Assembly: GCA_902628195.1 (NCBI GenBank)
Contig: CACOLY010000004.1
Coordinates: forward strand, 183 to 64,182
Length of the DNA: 64,000 bases
Reading direction: 5' to 3'
Source of the DNA: an uncultured Pelagibacteraceae bacterium
Lineage (GTDB): Bacteria > Pseudomonadota > Alphaproteobacteria > Pelagibacterales > Pelagibacteraceae
In this document: positions 28,575 through 39,949 of the stretch, piece after piece
How the letters are laid out: every line of letters starts with the position of its first letter
Position numbering within the stretch: the first letter of the stretch is position 1
Translations under genes and position numbers: made by a program
Notes under the pieces: generated by a model
The model's input: only the letters and a program-made list of their open reading frames with translations
The model's database searches: none
What the model was told of the DNA's origin: nothing

Positions 28575-30133
28575 TCTAATTCAATAGTACTTGGTGGTTT
28601 AGATGTAACATCATAAACTACTCTATTTATTCCTCTAATACTATTTACAATTTTATTTGAAATCATTTGAATAAATGGTTTTTTAAATTCATAAAAATCT
28701 GCAGTCATACCATCTTCTGATGTAATAGCTCGCAATAAACATAAATATTCATAGGTTCGATTGTCTCCCATTACTCCAACAGTTTTTACAGGAAGTAACG
28801 CTGCATAAGCTTGCCAAATTTTATTGTAAAGACCATGATCTTTTAATGCTTTAATAAAATAATAATCAGCCTCTTTTAGAATTTTAATCTTTTCATGTGT
28901 GATTAATCCTGGCATTCTAATAGCTAAACCTGGACCCGGAAATGGATGTCTATTTATTATTTCTTTATTTAAATTAAGCTCTAAACCCAATTTTCTTACT
29001 TCATCTTTAAATAAAAAATTTAGAGGCTCAATCAACTTTAGCTTCATTTTTTTTGGTAGACCTCCAACATTGTGATGTGATTTAATTTTAGAAGTTTCAC
29101 TACCCGTAACTGACTTACTTTCAATTAAATCTGGATAAAGAGTTCCTTGTGCTAAAAATTTTACATTTTTAATCTTTTTTGCATAACGCTCAAATATATT
29201 TATAAAAAGTCTACCTATAATTTTTCTTTTTTTTTCTGGGTCTGAAATTTTTTTTAATTTTCTAATAAATTCTTTTTCAGCATTGACATAGATTAAATTT
29301 ATTTTTAATTTCTTTTTAAAAGTTGCTAAAACTTGTTTTTCCTCATTTTTTCTTAAAAGACCTGTATTCACAAAAATACAATACAATTTTTTACCAATTG
29401 CTTTGTTTAATAATTGCGCAACTACACTACTATCTACACCTCCTGATAAAGCACAAATTACCTTATTTGCACCAACTTGATTTTTAACTTCTCTAATTAA
29501 TTTTATTTTTTGATTTTTTACTGACCAATTTTTTTTAATCTTACAAATTAAAAAAATAAAATTACTTATGATGATCTTTCCTTTTTCTGTATGAGTTACT
29601 TCAGGATGAAATTGTACTCCATAAAATTTTTTATATTTATTTTCAACTATTGCATATTTTGAATTTTGGCTCGATGCTACAACTCTAAAATTTTTTGGTA
29701 ATTTTGAAACTTGGTCAGCATGACTCATCCATACTTTTGCAAACTTTTTATTTTTAAAAAATTTTTTAATTAAAAGACTGTCATTTTTTTTATAAATATT
29801 TGCTAATCCAAACTCTCGATGCTTAGATTTTTTTACTCTTCCCCCATTTATTTTTGAAAGAATCTGATGTCCAAAACAAATACCAAGAACAGGAATTTCA
29901 TTTTGAATTATTTTTTTATCAAATGAATATTTATTTATTTCATAAACATTGAGTGGACCACCCGACAAAATTATACCTTTTATAGATTTGTTGATATCTT
30001 TTTTTTTTATTTTTTTGTGACTAATTATTTCCGAAAAAACTCCAAGCTCTCTTATTCTTCTTGCTATTAATTGTGTAAATTGTGATCCAAAATCTATTAT
30101 TAGGATTTTGTTTAAACTTAAATCAAGACTCAT
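28571..30133 (-). CDS. guaA: GMP synthase (glutamine-hydrolysing)
   Basis: [51 protein letters not shown]. Confidence 0.98.
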   Translation of the reverse strand: MSLDLSLNKILIIDFGSQFTQLIARRIRELGVFSEIISHKKIKKKDINKSIKGIILSGGPLNVYEINKYSFDKKIIQNEIPVLGICFGHQILSKINGGRVKKSKHREFGLANIYKKNDSLLIKKFFKNKKFAKVWMSHADQVSKLPKNFRVVASSQNSKYAIVENKYKKFYGVQFHPEVTHTEKGKIIISNFIFLICKIKKNWSVKNQKIKLIREVKNQVGANKVICALSGGVDSSVVAQLLNKAIGKKLYCIFVNTGLLRKNEEKQVLATFKKKLKINLIYVNAEKEFIRKLKKISDPEKKRKIIGRLFINIFERYAKKIKNVKFLAQGTLYPDLIESKSVTGSETSKIKSHHNVGGLPKKMKLKLIEPLNFLFKDEVRKLGLELNLNKEIINRHPFPGPGLAIRMPGLITHEKIKILKEADYYFIKALKDHGLYNKIWQAYAALLPVKTVGVMGDNRTYEYLCLLRAITSEDGMTADFYEFKKPFIQMISNKIVNSIRGINRVVYDVTSKPPSTIELE

Positions 30134-30578
30134 TTTTTGGTTCTATATTCGCAAGTGTCTCTAATATCTCTTTATTTTCATTGCATAATTTTTTGCAAAC
30201 CTCTGTAAATGTTTTTGATAAATCTTTTACTTTAGAATAATTAGATCTTTTTAAACCTATTTTCATTAACATCAATATTGCTTCTTCGTTTTTTGGCTCA
30301 ATTAATAGTGTTGCATCTAAATTCTTTTCTTCTTTGTCTTGATCTTCTTGAAAATTATAAATTTTTGCTAAATATAAATATGAGTTTGAATCTTTTGGAT
30401 TAAAAACAATACTTCTTTCAAACATAAATTTTGCATCATCAAGTTTTTTATCTTTAAAAAGCTCTAAACCTTTTTTAAAAAAATCTTCATTACTAATTGC
30501 TTTTGAGGAAATGCCCATTACAAGAAAAAAAGTGAATAAAATTTTATAAATTTTTTTCATAATACTAACTTTCATCAT
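30123..30578 (-). CDS. Exported TPR protein
   Basis: Signal peptide; [10 protein letters not shown]...[12 protein letters not shown] pattern. Confidence 0.75.
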   Translation of the reverse strand: MMKVSIMKKIYKILFTFFLVMGISSKAISNEDFFKKGLELFKDKKLDDAKFMFERSIVFNPKDSNSYLYLAKIYNFQEDQDKEEKNLDATLLIEPKNEEAILMLMKIGLKRSNYSKVKDLSKTFTEVCKKLCNENKEILETLANIEPKNES

Positions 30579-31635
30579 TCACAACATCTACATTATGAAC
30601 CATACTTTCGTAAAATCCTGCTTTAGTAATTTTTACAAATTGTGGTTTTTTTCTTAAATGTTTAATTTGTTTGGATCCTAGATAACCCATCGAAGATCGC
30701 AAACCACCAATAAGTTTTAAAATTACATTGTTAACTTTGCCCTTATATTTTGCAAGACCTTCAACGCCTTCAGGAACATATTTAGATGAATCTTTTTGTT
30801 TTGGTTGAAAATACCGATCTGCTGAACCCTTGTTCATTGCTCCTACTGATCCCATGCCCCTAAAACTTTTGAATAATTTTCCATTTTTCTTGATTAATTT
30901 GCCAGGAGCCTCATCAGTTCCTGCAAATAATGAACCTATCATAACAGCATCTGCACCTGCTGCAAAAGCCTTAGCTAAATCACCTGAATACTTAATACCT
31001 CCATCAGATATTATTTTAACATTTCTATTTTTAACTCCATTTTTTACATTTAAGACAGCTGTTAATTGAGGAACACCAATTCCTGCAACTAATCTTGTGG
31101 TGCATATTGAACCCGGTCCTATCCCAACCTTAATTATATCAACACCCAATTTAGATAAAAATCTTCCTGCTTCAGCAGTAGCAATATTTCCTGCACAAAG
31201 GGCAGTTTTTTTATTTTTTCTATTTTTTATAAACTTAATAATTTCAGAAACTTTTTTCGTATGTCCATGAGCAGTATCTACAACAATCATATTAATATTT
31301 TCTTTTAAGATTGCTTCTGCTCGTTTAAATTCTTTTGGCCCAGCTCCTACTGCTGCTCCTACTAATACTTTTTGTTTTTTAACTTTTCTAATTTCTTGTA
31401 TTTGCTTATCAATATTTAAATTTCGGTGAATTACTCCTATTCCTCCCGCTTTACCAATTTTAATAGCCATTTTGCTCTCCGTAACAGTGTCCATAGCTGA
31501 AGATAATATTGGTATTTTTAGTTTTAGATGTTTTGTAAGTATTATGCTTGTATCAACATCAGACGGTAAAATTTCTGAAAACTTTGGTACTAATGTAACA
31601 TCATCAAAGGTAAGTGCTTCACTTTTAGAAATCAT
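30565..31635 (-). CDS. guaB: IMP dehydrogenase lacking the CBS (Bateman) subdomain
   Basis: [33 protein letters not shown] (catalytic Cys), FRGMGS, VPEGVEG; only 356 aa. Confidence 0.97.
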   Translation of the reverse strand: MISKSEALTFDDVTLVPKFSEILPSDVDTSIILTKHLKLKIPILSSAMDTVTESKMAIKIGKAGGIGVIHRNLNIDKQIQEIRKVKKQKVLVGAAVGAGPKEFKRAEAILKENINMIVVDTAHGHTKKVSEIIKFIKNRKNKKTALCAGNIATAEAGRFLSKLGVDIIKVGIGPGSICTTRLVAGIGVPQLTAVLNVKNGVKNRNVKIISDGGIKYSGDLAKAFAAGADAVMIGSLFAGTDEAPGKLIKKNGKLFKSFRGMGSVGAMNKGSADRYFQPKQKDSSKYVPEGVEGLAKYKGKVNNVILKLIGGLRSSMGYLGSKQIKHLRKKPQFVKITKAGFYESMVHNVDVVNDES

Positions 31636-31672
31636 AATCTTTTATATATGATTCCTTTTAAATTTAAAGAGT

Positions 31673-32284
31673 CTATCTAATTTTTTTACAAATAATAAAA
31701 TTTTCCTTAGATTCTTTTCGGCTCGATTGAGGTTTAAAAACCCTAACTTCTTTAAAAATCTTTTTTGCAAGTGCGACAATTTCATTAAAAGTTTCCCCCA
31801 TAAAAATTTTTGATATAAAAAATCCATTATTTGAAATAACTTCCTTTGAAAAAACTATTGCTTCTTTACATAATTCTCCTGTTTGAATAGAATCTATATT
31901 TTTTATACCAGTAGTGTTTACAGCCATATCTGACATAACTACATCAATTTCTTTACTTGTGTAAGATCTAATTTTTTTTTGGATATTCGGATCAGTAAAA
32001 TCACCTTTTATTTGAATAGTGTCTTTTATCTCTTCCATTTCTTTTAGATCTATTGAAATTATTTTTCCATTTTTAATAATTTTTGAGGCATATTGAGACC
32101 AACTTCCTGGAGCTGCTCCAATATCCAAAACAATCATACCTCCCTTAAAAATCTTAAATTTTTCGTTGATCTCGATTAATTTATAAGCTGATCTGGCTCT
32201 ATAGCCATCTACCTTTGATTTTCGAACATAAATATCTTTACGCTGCTTGTTGACCCAATTTTTTGAAATTTTATTCTTTTTCAA
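31673..32284 (-). CDS. rlmE: 23S rRNA Um2552 methyltransferase (RrmJ/FtsJ)
   Basis: YR.RSAYKL.EI, LDIGAAPGSWSQ, SDMA, KP.SSRKES.E. Confidence 0.95.
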   Translation of the reverse strand: MKKNKISKNWVNKQRKDIYVRKSKVDGYRARSAYKLIEINEKFKIFKGGMIVLDIGAAPGSWSQYASKIIKNGKIISIDLKEMEEIKDTIQIKGDFTDPNIQKKIRSYTSKEIDVVMSDMAVNTTGIKNIDSIQTGELCKEAIVFSKEVISNNGFFISKIFMGETFNEIVALAKKIFKEVRVFKPQSSRKESKENFIICKKIR

Positions 32285-33199
32285 TTAATTTTTATATCTT
32301 AAACTTTTTAAAATCTTTTTTCCGCTTAAAGACTCAATTTCAATTTCAATATTTTTGTCGACTCTCATATCTATACCGTTTTTCCAAATTCCAGCAGCAA
32401 GATGCATAATCCCAATTTTGTGATTTGGTAGATATGGCTCTACAAATGTATTTTTAGTTTCATCAAATTTTGGAAGTAAATTGCTTGTAATCCAGTTAAA
32501 ATTTAGAGGTAAAAATTCTGTTTCTAAATTATCAATATAAACTGCCATATTAATGGCCAATCCTTCAGATCCAAAAATATTTCCCGCTTTTAAAGTTTGT
32601 TCTAAATTTTTTTGCCAAATTTTCCAACCAACTGAATTTTTTTCAAAAGAAAACACTCCAATATTTATGTGTGGTGCAAAAGCTAATTTACGGGCTTTTT
32701 CATAAGGGATTTTAGACTTAATAGCATGTTTAAAATTTTGAGATTTAATTACAGCTAATTTACCAAATAACCAATTAACTTTTGATGTAATTTTATATCC
32801 TGGACCAATAGTTTGAGTAATACCTAGCTTGCCATTGTCACAAGCCTTAAAATAAAGTTCGATGCATTCCCAATCATTTACCCAAGCATCACAATCTATC
32901 CATAGATATTTCTCATAATTGGGAAAATATTTTGGCAAAAAAGCTCTAGAAACCTGACTCTTCAACCACTCTTTATCTTTTACTTTATATCCAGGAACTT
33001 CAATATCCCACTCAGCGACTTTTATTTCATCTATCTTTTTAAAAATTTTTTTTTTTTGGTCTTCTGTTAATCCAGCATCTAAAATACAAATTGCTATATT
33101 CTCACTTTGCTTAAATCTTTTAATTGAGTCAATTAATTCTTCTAATAAAGAAAAATAATTAGCATCAGCTAAAGAAACAATTACATTTTTTTTCATCAA
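32285..33199 (-). CDS. Glycosyltransferase, GT8-like
   Basis: DANY, LDAGL, YLWIDCDAWV (DxD), N.GVF, SEG.A.N, I.HLA. Confidence 0.7.
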   Translation of the reverse strand: MMKKNVIVSLADANYFSLLEELIDSIKRFKQSENIAICILDAGLTEDQKKKIFKKIDEIKVAEWDIEVPGYKVKDKEWLKSQVSRAFLPKYFPNYEKYLWIDCDAWVNDWECIELYFKACDNGKLGITQTIGPGYKITSKVNWLFGKLAVIKSQNFKHAIKSKIPYEKARKLAFAPHINIGVFSFEKNSVGWKIWQKNLEQTLKAGNIFGSEGLAINMAVYIDNLETEFLPLNFNWITSNLLPKFDETKNTFVEPYLPNHKIGIMHLAAGIWKNGIDMRVDKNIEIEIESLSGKKILKSLRYKN

Positions 33200-33999
33200 A
33201 GTATATCTTCAAGATCATCTTCGTCTTGAAATTTGTCATTTTCATGATGTTTTTTTAATTTTTGATAATGAAAAAAACTTATTGGTAACAATAATAAATA
33301 AATAATTGTACTTATTGCAATAACATTGAAAGTGTAAATTAGTAAAAGACCAAAAAATAATACAATGCTAAATAATAGGAATATTGTTGTTCTTCTTGGA
33401 ATTACTATCTTTTTAAAAGAATAACTCGGAAATTTGCTTATTAATAAAAACGACGTCAAAATAAAAAAAATTGGAACTATTACATCATAATTTAATTCTA
33501 TTATATTAAATCCACTTAAGCTGACAATTAACGGCGTTAAAACTAAAATAGCACCTGCTGGAGATGGAACACCCTCAAAGAAGTTATCTCTCCATGATGG
33601 ATCTTGGTTAGAATTAACATTAAATCTGGCTAATCTTAATGCAACACAAATTACATATATTAAACATAATAACCAACCAAATCTTCCTAAAGTATTTAAT
33701 TTCCAAAAATATAAAATAAATGCTGGAGCAACACCAAAACTTATCATGTCAGTAAGTGAGTCTAATTCTTTTCCAACTTTAGAAGTTCCTTTAATTAATC
33801 TGGCAATTCTTCCATCTAATCCATCAATTAATGCCGCAAAAATTATAGCTATAATTGCAAATTCAAATTTTTCATCTAAAGCAAATCTAATTGAGGTAAG
33901 ACCTATACAAACTCCAATTAAAGTAAGCATATTTGGCAAAATAACTCTTGCACTTTTTTTATCTGTAATAATCTTAAAATTTTTTTTTTGTGGTTCCAT
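33196..33999 (-). CDS. pssA: CDP-diacylglycerol-serine O-phosphatidyltransferase
   Basis: LPN..T, DGLDGRIAR, G.ELDSL.D..SFGVAP, RLARFN, F.G.PSP. Confidence 0.95.
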   Translation of the reverse strand: MEPQKKNFKIITDKKSARVILPNMLTLIGVCIGLTSIRFALDEKFEFAIIAIIFAALIDGLDGRIARLIKGTSKVGKELDSLTDMISFGVAPAFILYFWKLNTLGRFGWLLCLIYVICVALRLARFNVNSNQDPSWRDNFFEGVPSPAGAILVLTPLIVSLSGFNIIELNYDVIVPIFFILTSFLLISKFPSYSFKKIVIPRRTTIFLLFSIVLFFGLLLIYTFNVIAISTIIYLLLLPISFFHYQKLKKHHENDKFQDEDDLEDIL

Positions 34000-34646
34000 T
34001 ATTTTTTAGCTAATAAAGTTTCACCTGCGATAGCTGTTTGTCCAACTTTTACAAGAGGTTGATAATTTTCATAATATACATCTGCTCTACTTCCGAATCT
34101 TATCATTCCGATACGATCACCTTGTTTTAAATCTTGATCTTTGTTAGTTTCACAAACAATTCTACGTGCGACTAGGCCAGCGATTTGTACTACTATTATA
34201 TCATTATTGTGTATATCTTTAATTTTGTAATAATTTCTCTCATTATCTTCACTGGCTTTATCCAAAGAAGCATTCAAAAATTTTCCGGGTTTGTATAAAA
34301 TTTCGTCGATTTTTCCACTACATGGAATTCTGTTTACATGGCAATCAAAGACATTCATAAAAATACTTATCTTCCTAAAACTTTTATTTTCTAAACCCAA
34401 TTCTTTAGGTCCACTTACTTCCTCAACTTTTATAATTTCTCCATCAGCTGGGCTAACAAGATAATTATCATCATTAATGATTATTCTATCTGGATCTCTA
34501 AAAAAATAATAAACCCATATTGTTAAAACTAAACCAACTAATCCTAAAAAGTTACTAAAGATATAAAAAATTATAGTTATAATCCCGGCAATAACTAAAA
34601 ATTTATAGCCTTCTGCGTGTATCTTTGGAAATATCTTACTAAACAT
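33999..34646 (-). CDS. psd: Phosphatidylserine decarboxylase
   Basis: FFRDP.R, SPADG, IFMNVFDCHVNR.P, QIAGLVARRI, GMIRFGSR (self-cleavage site). Confidence 0.96.
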   Translation of the reverse strand: MFSKIFPKIHAEGYKFLVIAGIITIIFYIFSNFLGLVGLVLTIWVYYFFRDPDRIIINDDNYLVSPADGEIIKVEEVSGPKELGLENKSFRKISIFMNVFDCHVNRIPCSGKIDEILYKPGKFLNASLDKASEDNERNYYKIKDIHNNDIIVVQIAGLVARRIVCETNKDQDLKQGDRIGMIRFGSRADVYYENYQPLVKVGQTAIAGETLLAKK

Positions 34647-34720
34647 ATTCTTCTATTTGATAATTTGTCATTAATATGTATATAAAATCGCGAAATTCAA
34701 TTAATAAGATAAATAATAAA

Positions 34721-35935
34721 GTGAGTAAAATTAACGTAAAAAACCCTGTTGTGGAGCTTGACGGCGATGAAATGACCAGGATCATTTGGGAATTTATTAA
34801 AAATAAATTAATACTTCCATATCTTGATTTAGGCATTGAATATTATGACCTTGGAATGAAAAGTAGAGATAATTCAGACGATCAAATCACAATTGATGCT
34901 GCTAATGCGATAAAAAAAATTGGTGTTGGAATTAAATGTGCAACTATTACCCCTGATGAAGATCGTGTAAAAGAATTTAGTTTAAAAAAAATGTGGAGGT
35001 CACCCAACGGAACTATTAGAAATATTATAGGTGGCACTGTATTTAGAGAGCCAATAATTTGTTCTAATATTCCAAAACTTGTTCCATCATGGTCAGATCC
35101 TGTTGTAATTGGAAGACACGCATTTGGGGATCAATATAGGGCAACTGACTTTAAAGTACCTGGAAAAGGTAAGATGGAAATTAAATGGACTTCTGAGGAT
35201 GGAAAAGAAGAAATCAAACATGAGGTATTTAATTTTACAGGTCCAGGAGTTGCACTCTCGATGTATAATTTAGATAAATCAATTGAAGATTTTGCAAGAT
35301 CTTGTTTTAGTTATGGTCTAATTAAAAAGTGGCCCGTATATCTATCTACAAAAAATACAATTCTAAAAAAATATGATGGAAGATTTAAAGATATTTTTGA
35401 AGAAGTTTTTAATAATGAATTTAAGAAAAAATTTGAGGATGCTAAAATTAATTATGAACATAGATTAATTGATGACATGGTAGCTTGTGCAATGAAATGG
35501 AGTGGAAAATATATATGGGCTTGTAAAAATTATGATGGAGATGTTCAATCCGATACAATGGCTCAAGGTTATGGCTCCTTAGGATTAATGACTAGTACAT
35601 TGTTGACACCTGATGGAAAAATAATGGAAGCTGAAGCGGCTCATGGAACTGTTACTAGACATTATAGAATGCACCAACAAGGTAAAGAAACTTCCACAAA
35701 TCCAATTGCCTCGATTTTTGCATGGACAAGAGGATTAGCACATAGAGGAAAACTTGATGGTAATGACGAACTTATAAAATTTGCAAATACAATTGAAAAA
35801 GTTTGTATTGAAAGTGTTGAAAATGGCTCAATGACAAAAGATCTTGCAATATTGGTTGGACCTTCAAGTAAATATTTAACGACTAATCAATTTCTGGATG
35901 TGATTGATAATAATCTTAAACAGAAGCTAAATTAA
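34721..35935 (+). CDS. icd: NADP-dependent isocitrate dehydrogenase (probable GTG start at 34721)
   Basis: [64 protein letters not shown]. Confidence 0.97.
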   Translation: MSKINVKNPVVELDGDEMTRIIWEFIKNKLILPYLDLGIEYYDLGMKSRDNSDDQITIDAANAIKKIGVGIKCATITPDEDRVKEFSLKKMWRSPNGTIRNIIGGTVFREPIICSNIPKLVPSWSDPVVIGRHAFGDQYRATDFKVPGKGKMEIKWTSEDGKEEIKHEVFNFTGPGVALSMYNLDKSIEDFARSCFSYGLIKKWPVYLSTKNTILKKYDGRFKDIFEEVFNNEFKKKFEDAKINYEHRLIDDMVACAMKWSGKYIWACKNYDGDVQSDTMAQGYGSLGLMTSTLLTPDGKIMEAEAAHGTVTRHYRMHQQGKETSTNPIASIFAWTRGLAHRGKLDGNDELIKFANTIEKVCIESVENGSMTKDLAILVGPSSKYLTTNQFLDVIDNNLKQKLN

Positions 35936-38593
35936 AGCCTTTAGTCTTTCAAAAGCTTCATCAATTTTATTTTTATCCTGTCCCCCTGCTTGGGCAAAAT
36001 CTTTTCGACCACCACCACCTTTACCACCAATAATTTCCGAACCTAATTTTGCAAATTTTACAGCATCATATTTATCAATTAGCTTTTCAGTAACACCAAC
36101 TCCTAAACCAACTTTATCTTCACTACTTGCAAAGACAATTACAATTCCGTCGCCAAGTTCTTTTTTTCCACTATCAACTAATTTTCTCAAATCTTTAGGG
36201 GGTAAATCTTGAACTTTTTGAAATCGAACTTTTATATCTTTTATTTTTTGATCATTAATAATATTTTTTGTTTTATCTTGAAGTACTGAATTAACATTTA
36301 ATTGTTCGAGTTGTTTTGAAAGATTTTTTATAATTTCTTTTAAATCTTTATTATCAACTTTCGGTTTACCTCCAAGTTTGATTATTTGTGATGACAAATC
36401 TTTGATGGTCTCCTCATCTTTTTGTACAGATAAATTTGATAGCTTTTCTTTATTCTTAATAAAATCCTCAAGCTGTTTATCTCTTAAAGCTTCAACTCTT
36501 CTTACTCCTGCAGCAATAGATGATTGACTAACAGTTTTAAATTTCCCAATATCTCCAGTATTTTTTACGTGTGTGCCACCACATAATTCTGTTGAAAAAT
36601 AAGCATCTTTTTCCTTACCCATTGAAACAACACGAACTTCTTCACCATATTTTTCACCAAAAAAAGCTAACGCTCCCTTTTCTATTGCAGCTTTAGGTGT
36701 CATAATTCTTGTGGTCACCTCAGAACCATTTTTAACGTATTCATTTACTAATTTATCTATTGTCTCTAATTCCTGATCGGTAATCGGTTTCATGTGACTA
36801 AAGTCAAACCTTAGACGATCCGGTGCAACTAATGATCCTTTTTGCATCACATGCTTACCTAAAGTTCTTCTTAAAGATTCATGAAGTAAGTGAGTTGCAG
36901 AATGATAAGCTTTTAAATTATTTCTTCTCTCAACATCAATTTTCATTTCAACTACATCATTAATCTTAATTTCACCAGTTTTTACCGATCCATAATGAAC
37001 AAATAAATCTCCAAGTTTTTTTTGTGTATCCTCAACTTCAAAAACTGAATTTCCTGACACTATTGCGCCTTTGTCACCAAGTTGTCCTCCTGACTCACCA
37101 TAAAAAGGAGTTTGATTAGTTATAATCATTCCTTCTTCTCCTGTAGCTAATGATTTTGACACCTGATTGTTTTTAATTAAATTTAACACTACTCCCTCAG
37201 ATTGATTAGACTCGTAACCCAAAAATTCTGTTGGACCAGTTTTATCTTTAATTGAAAACCAAATCGCTTCCTCTGAGCTGTCCCCAGATCCTTTCCAATT
37301 TTTTTTTGCAAGTTCTTTACTTTTTTTCATCAACTCATCAAATTTTTTGTGATCAACTTTTAATGATTTATTTTTTAAAATGTCTTCAGTGAGATCTAAT
37401 GGAAAACCATAGGTGTCATACAATTTAAACGCTACTTCACCTGATAAAACTTTATCAATTTTTGAAATTTCATCATTCAGAATTTTAATTCCTCGATCAA
37501 GTAATACTAAAAATTTTTCCTCTTCCATTTTTAATGTTTCTGTTATCAAAGACTCGGATCGCTCTAACTCTGGATAATTTCCAGACATTTCATTTTTTAA
37601 AGATTCAAAAATTTTATAAAAAATAGGTTCTTTTGATCCTAGTAAATGAGAATGCCTCATACCTCTTCTCATAATTCTTCTTAAGACATATCCACGACCT
37701 TCATTGGATGGTAGAACACCTTCGGCTAAAAGAAATGAACTTGCTCTTAAGTGGTCAGCAATTACCCTAAAACTCGATATATTATTATCGGCTTGTTTAA
37801 CTTTAGTTACATCTGATATCGTGCTTATTAATTTCTTAAAATGATCAGTTTGATAATTATCGTGTGTGCCCTGTAAAAGAGCAGCTATTCGTTCCAATCC
37901 CATTCCGGTATCTACAGATGGTTTAGGTAAATCTACTCTTTTATCTTTTGAAACTTGTTCGTATTGCAAAAATACCAAGTTCCAAATTTCAATAAAACGA
38001 TCTCCATCTTGATCCTTTGTTCCTGGTAAACCACCTTTTAAATGATCACCATGATCATAAAATATTTCTGAGCAAGGTCCACAAGGACCTGTTTCACCCA
38101 TTGACCAAAAATTATCTGATGTCGAAATTCTGATAATTTTATCATCACTAAAACCCGCTATTTTCTTCCAAAAATTGAAAGCTTCATCATCTTCATGAAA
38201 AACTGTTACATAAAGTCTATTTTTATCTAAACCAAAATCTTTAGTGATTAAATTCCATGCAAGTTCAATTCCTCTTTCTTTAAAATAGTCTCCGAAAGAA
38301 AAATTTCCTAACATTTCAAAAAAAGTATGATGTCTTGGAGTATAACCAACATTTTCTAAATCATTATGCTTACCCCCTGCTCTGACACATTTTTGAGAAG
38401 TGGTTGCTCTTTGATAATCTCTTTTTTCTAATCCGGTAAATACGTTCTTGAATTGAACCATTCCAGAGTTTGCAAACATTAATGTAGGATCATTATTTGG
38501 AACTAAATTACTAGATTCAACAATCTTATGATCATTCTTCTCAAAGTATTTTAAGAACGTACTTCTTATCTCATTTAATGATTTATCCGCCAT
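35927..38593 (-). CDS. alaS: Alanine-tRNA ligase
   Basis: [62 protein letters not shown]. Confidence 0.98.
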   Translation of the reverse strand: MADKSLNEIRSTFLKYFEKNDHKIVESSNLVPNNDPTLMFANSGMVQFKNVFTGLEKRDYQRATTSQKCVRAGGKHNDLENVGYTPRHHTFFEMLGNFSFGDYFKERGIELAWNLITKDFGLDKNRLYVTVFHEDDEAFNFWKKIAGFSDDKIIRISTSDNFWSMGETGPCGPCSEIFYDHGDHLKGGLPGTKDQDGDRFIEIWNLVFLQYEQVSKDKRVDLPKPSVDTGMGLERIAALLQGTHDNYQTDHFKKLISTISDVTKVKQADNNISSFRVIADHLRASSFLLAEGVLPSNEGRGYVLRRIMRRGMRHSHLLGSKEPIFYKIFESLKNEMSGNYPELERSESLITETLKMEEEKFLVLLDRGIKILNDEISKIDKVLSGEVAFKLYDTYGFPLDLTEDILKNKSLKVDHKKFDELMKKSKELAKKNWKGSGDSSEEAIWFSIKDKTGPTEFLGYESNQSEGVVLNLIKNNQVSKSLATGEEGMIITNQTPFYGESGGQLGDKGAIVSGNSVFEVEDTQKKLGDLFVHYGSVKTGEIKINDVVEMKIDVERRNNLKAYHSATHLLHESLRRTLGKHVMQKGSLVAPDRLRFDFSHMKPITDQELETIDKLVNEYVKNGSEVTTRIMTPKAAIEKGALAFFGEKYGEEVRVVSMGKEKDAYFSTELCGGTHVKNTGDIGKFKTVSQSSIAAGVRRVEALRDKQLEDFIKNKEKLSNLSVQKDEETIKDLSSQIIKLGGKPKVDNKDLKEIIKNLSKQLEQLNVNSVLQDKTKNIINDQKIKDIKVRFQKVQDLPPKDLRKLVDSGKKELGDGIVIVFASSEDKVGLGVGVTEKLIDKYDAVKFAKLGSEIIGGKGGGGRKDFAQAGGQDKNKIDEAFERLKALI

Positions 38594-38643
38594 ACTTTAA
38601 AATACAGCTTTTTTATTCTATGTCTAGTTAGGGATAAAGTGGG

Positions 38644-38669
38644 AAAGGCGCTTATATCAAGCGCCTTTT
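38644..38669 (-). terminator. Hairpin terminator downstream of recA
   Basis: AAAGGCGCTT-ATATC-AAGCGCCTTTT inverted repeat, 25 bp past the recA stop. Confidence 0.75.
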
Positions 38670-38693
38670 ATAATTTAAAGATGACCTTTAATT

Positions 38694-39842
38694 TTAGTTC
38701 TTTTTAGAGGGAGTAGCTTCTTTTGCAGCCTCTTCTTTTTCAGCTACTTTCTTCTCTTTTTCAATTTTTTCAGGACTTAATGGATTTCCTTCAATTTTCT
38801 TTGAAATTACACCTGCTTTTTCTCTAATCGCCATTTCTATTTCTGCAGCAACTTTAGGATTTTGAGCAAGGTAAGTCTTTGCATTTTCTCTTCCTTGTCC
38901 AATTTTCTCACCTTTATAAGCATACCATGCTCCTGATTTTTCAATAATGTCAGCTTTAGCACCTAAGTCAACTAACTCACCCATTTTGCTAATACCTCTG
39001 CCATACATTAAGTCGAACTCAACAACTTTAAATGGTGGTGCAACTTTATTTTTAACCACTTTCACTCTTGTAGTGTTACCAATAATTTCATCTTTATCCT
39101 TAATGGCACCAATTCTTCTGATATCCATTCTAACTGATGAATAAAACTTAAGTGCATTTCCTCCTGATGTTGTCTCAGGACTTCCAAACATAACTCCAAT
39201 TTTCATTCTGATTTGGTTAATGAAAATCATCATTGTATTTGTATTTGAAATTGAACTTGTTAATTTTCTTAAAGCCTGACTCATTAATCTTGATTGAAGA
39301 CCAACATGATGATCTCCCATCTCTCCTTCGATTTCAGCTTTAGGAGTTAAAGCTGCAACAGAGTCAATTACGATCACTGAAATAGAGCCCGATTTTACTA
39401 ACGTATCTGCTATTTCTAATGCTTGCTCACCAGCATCTGGTTGAGAAATTAAAAGCTCTTCAGTATTCACTCCTAATTTTTTCGCATAGACTGGATCTAA
39501 AGCATGCTCAGCATCAACAAATGCACAAATTCCACCTGCTTTTTGAGCTTCGGCAACTACTTGTAACGCTAATGTAGTTTTTCCAGAAGACTCTGGTCCG
39601 TAAACTTCTATAATTCTTCCTTTAGGCAATCCACCAATTCCTAAAGCTAAATCCAAACTTAAAGATCCAGTAGATACTGACTCAATATCCATTGCTCTTT
39701 TTTGGCCAAGCTTCATTACTGAACCTTTTCCAAAATTGTCTGTGATTTGGCTAATTGCTGCTTCTAAAGCCTTATTTTTCTCTTTATTTTCCAATTCTTG
39801 ATCTTTCGTAGATTTAACTACTTTTAAGTTATTTTTAGTCAT
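38694..39842 (-). CDS. recA: Recombinase A
   Basis: [54 protein letters not shown]. Confidence 0.99.
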   Translation of the reverse strand: MTKNNLKVVKSTKDQELENKEKNKALEAAISQITDNFGKGSVMKLGQKRAMDIESVSTGSLSLDLALGIGGLPKGRIIEVYGPESSGKTTLALQVVAEAQKAGGICAFVDAEHALDPVYAKKLGVNTEELLISQPDAGEQALEIADTLVKSGSISVIVIDSVAALTPKAEIEGEMGDHHVGLQSRLMSQALRKLTSSISNTNTMMIFINQIRMKIGVMFGSPETTSGGNALKFYSSVRMDIRRIGAIKDKDEIIGNTTRVKVVKNKVAPPFKVVEFDLMYGRGISKMGELVDLGAKADIIEKSGAWYAYKGEKIGQGRENAKTYLAQNPKVAAEIEMAIREKAGVISKKIEGNPLSPEKIEKEKKVAEKEEAAKEATPSKKN

Positions 39843-39891
39843 TTTTTGCCTCTTTTTTTGCTTTTTTTAACACTCGAATCATGAATTAAAT

Positions 39892-39906
39892 GTACACATT
39901 TTGTTC
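39892..39906 (-). promoter_or_regulatory. Alphaproteobacterial LexA (SOS) box GAAC-N7-GTAC inside the recA promoter
   Basis: Minus strand GAAC-AAAATGT-GTAC lies between a -35-like TTGCCA (39911-39916) and a -10-like TACATT (39889-39894). Confidence 0.82.
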
Positions 39907-39949
39907 TCTTTGGCAAGATTAATTTAATTAAAGTCTAAAAAGCTTAATA

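Noticed and set aside
31642-31827. 61-aa minus-strand ORF overlapping the rlmE 3' end
   Set aside because: Alternative frame inside rlmE with no motifs.
34639-34836. 65-aa minus-strand ORF across the psd/icd divergent region
   Set aside because: Antisense to the icd 5' end.
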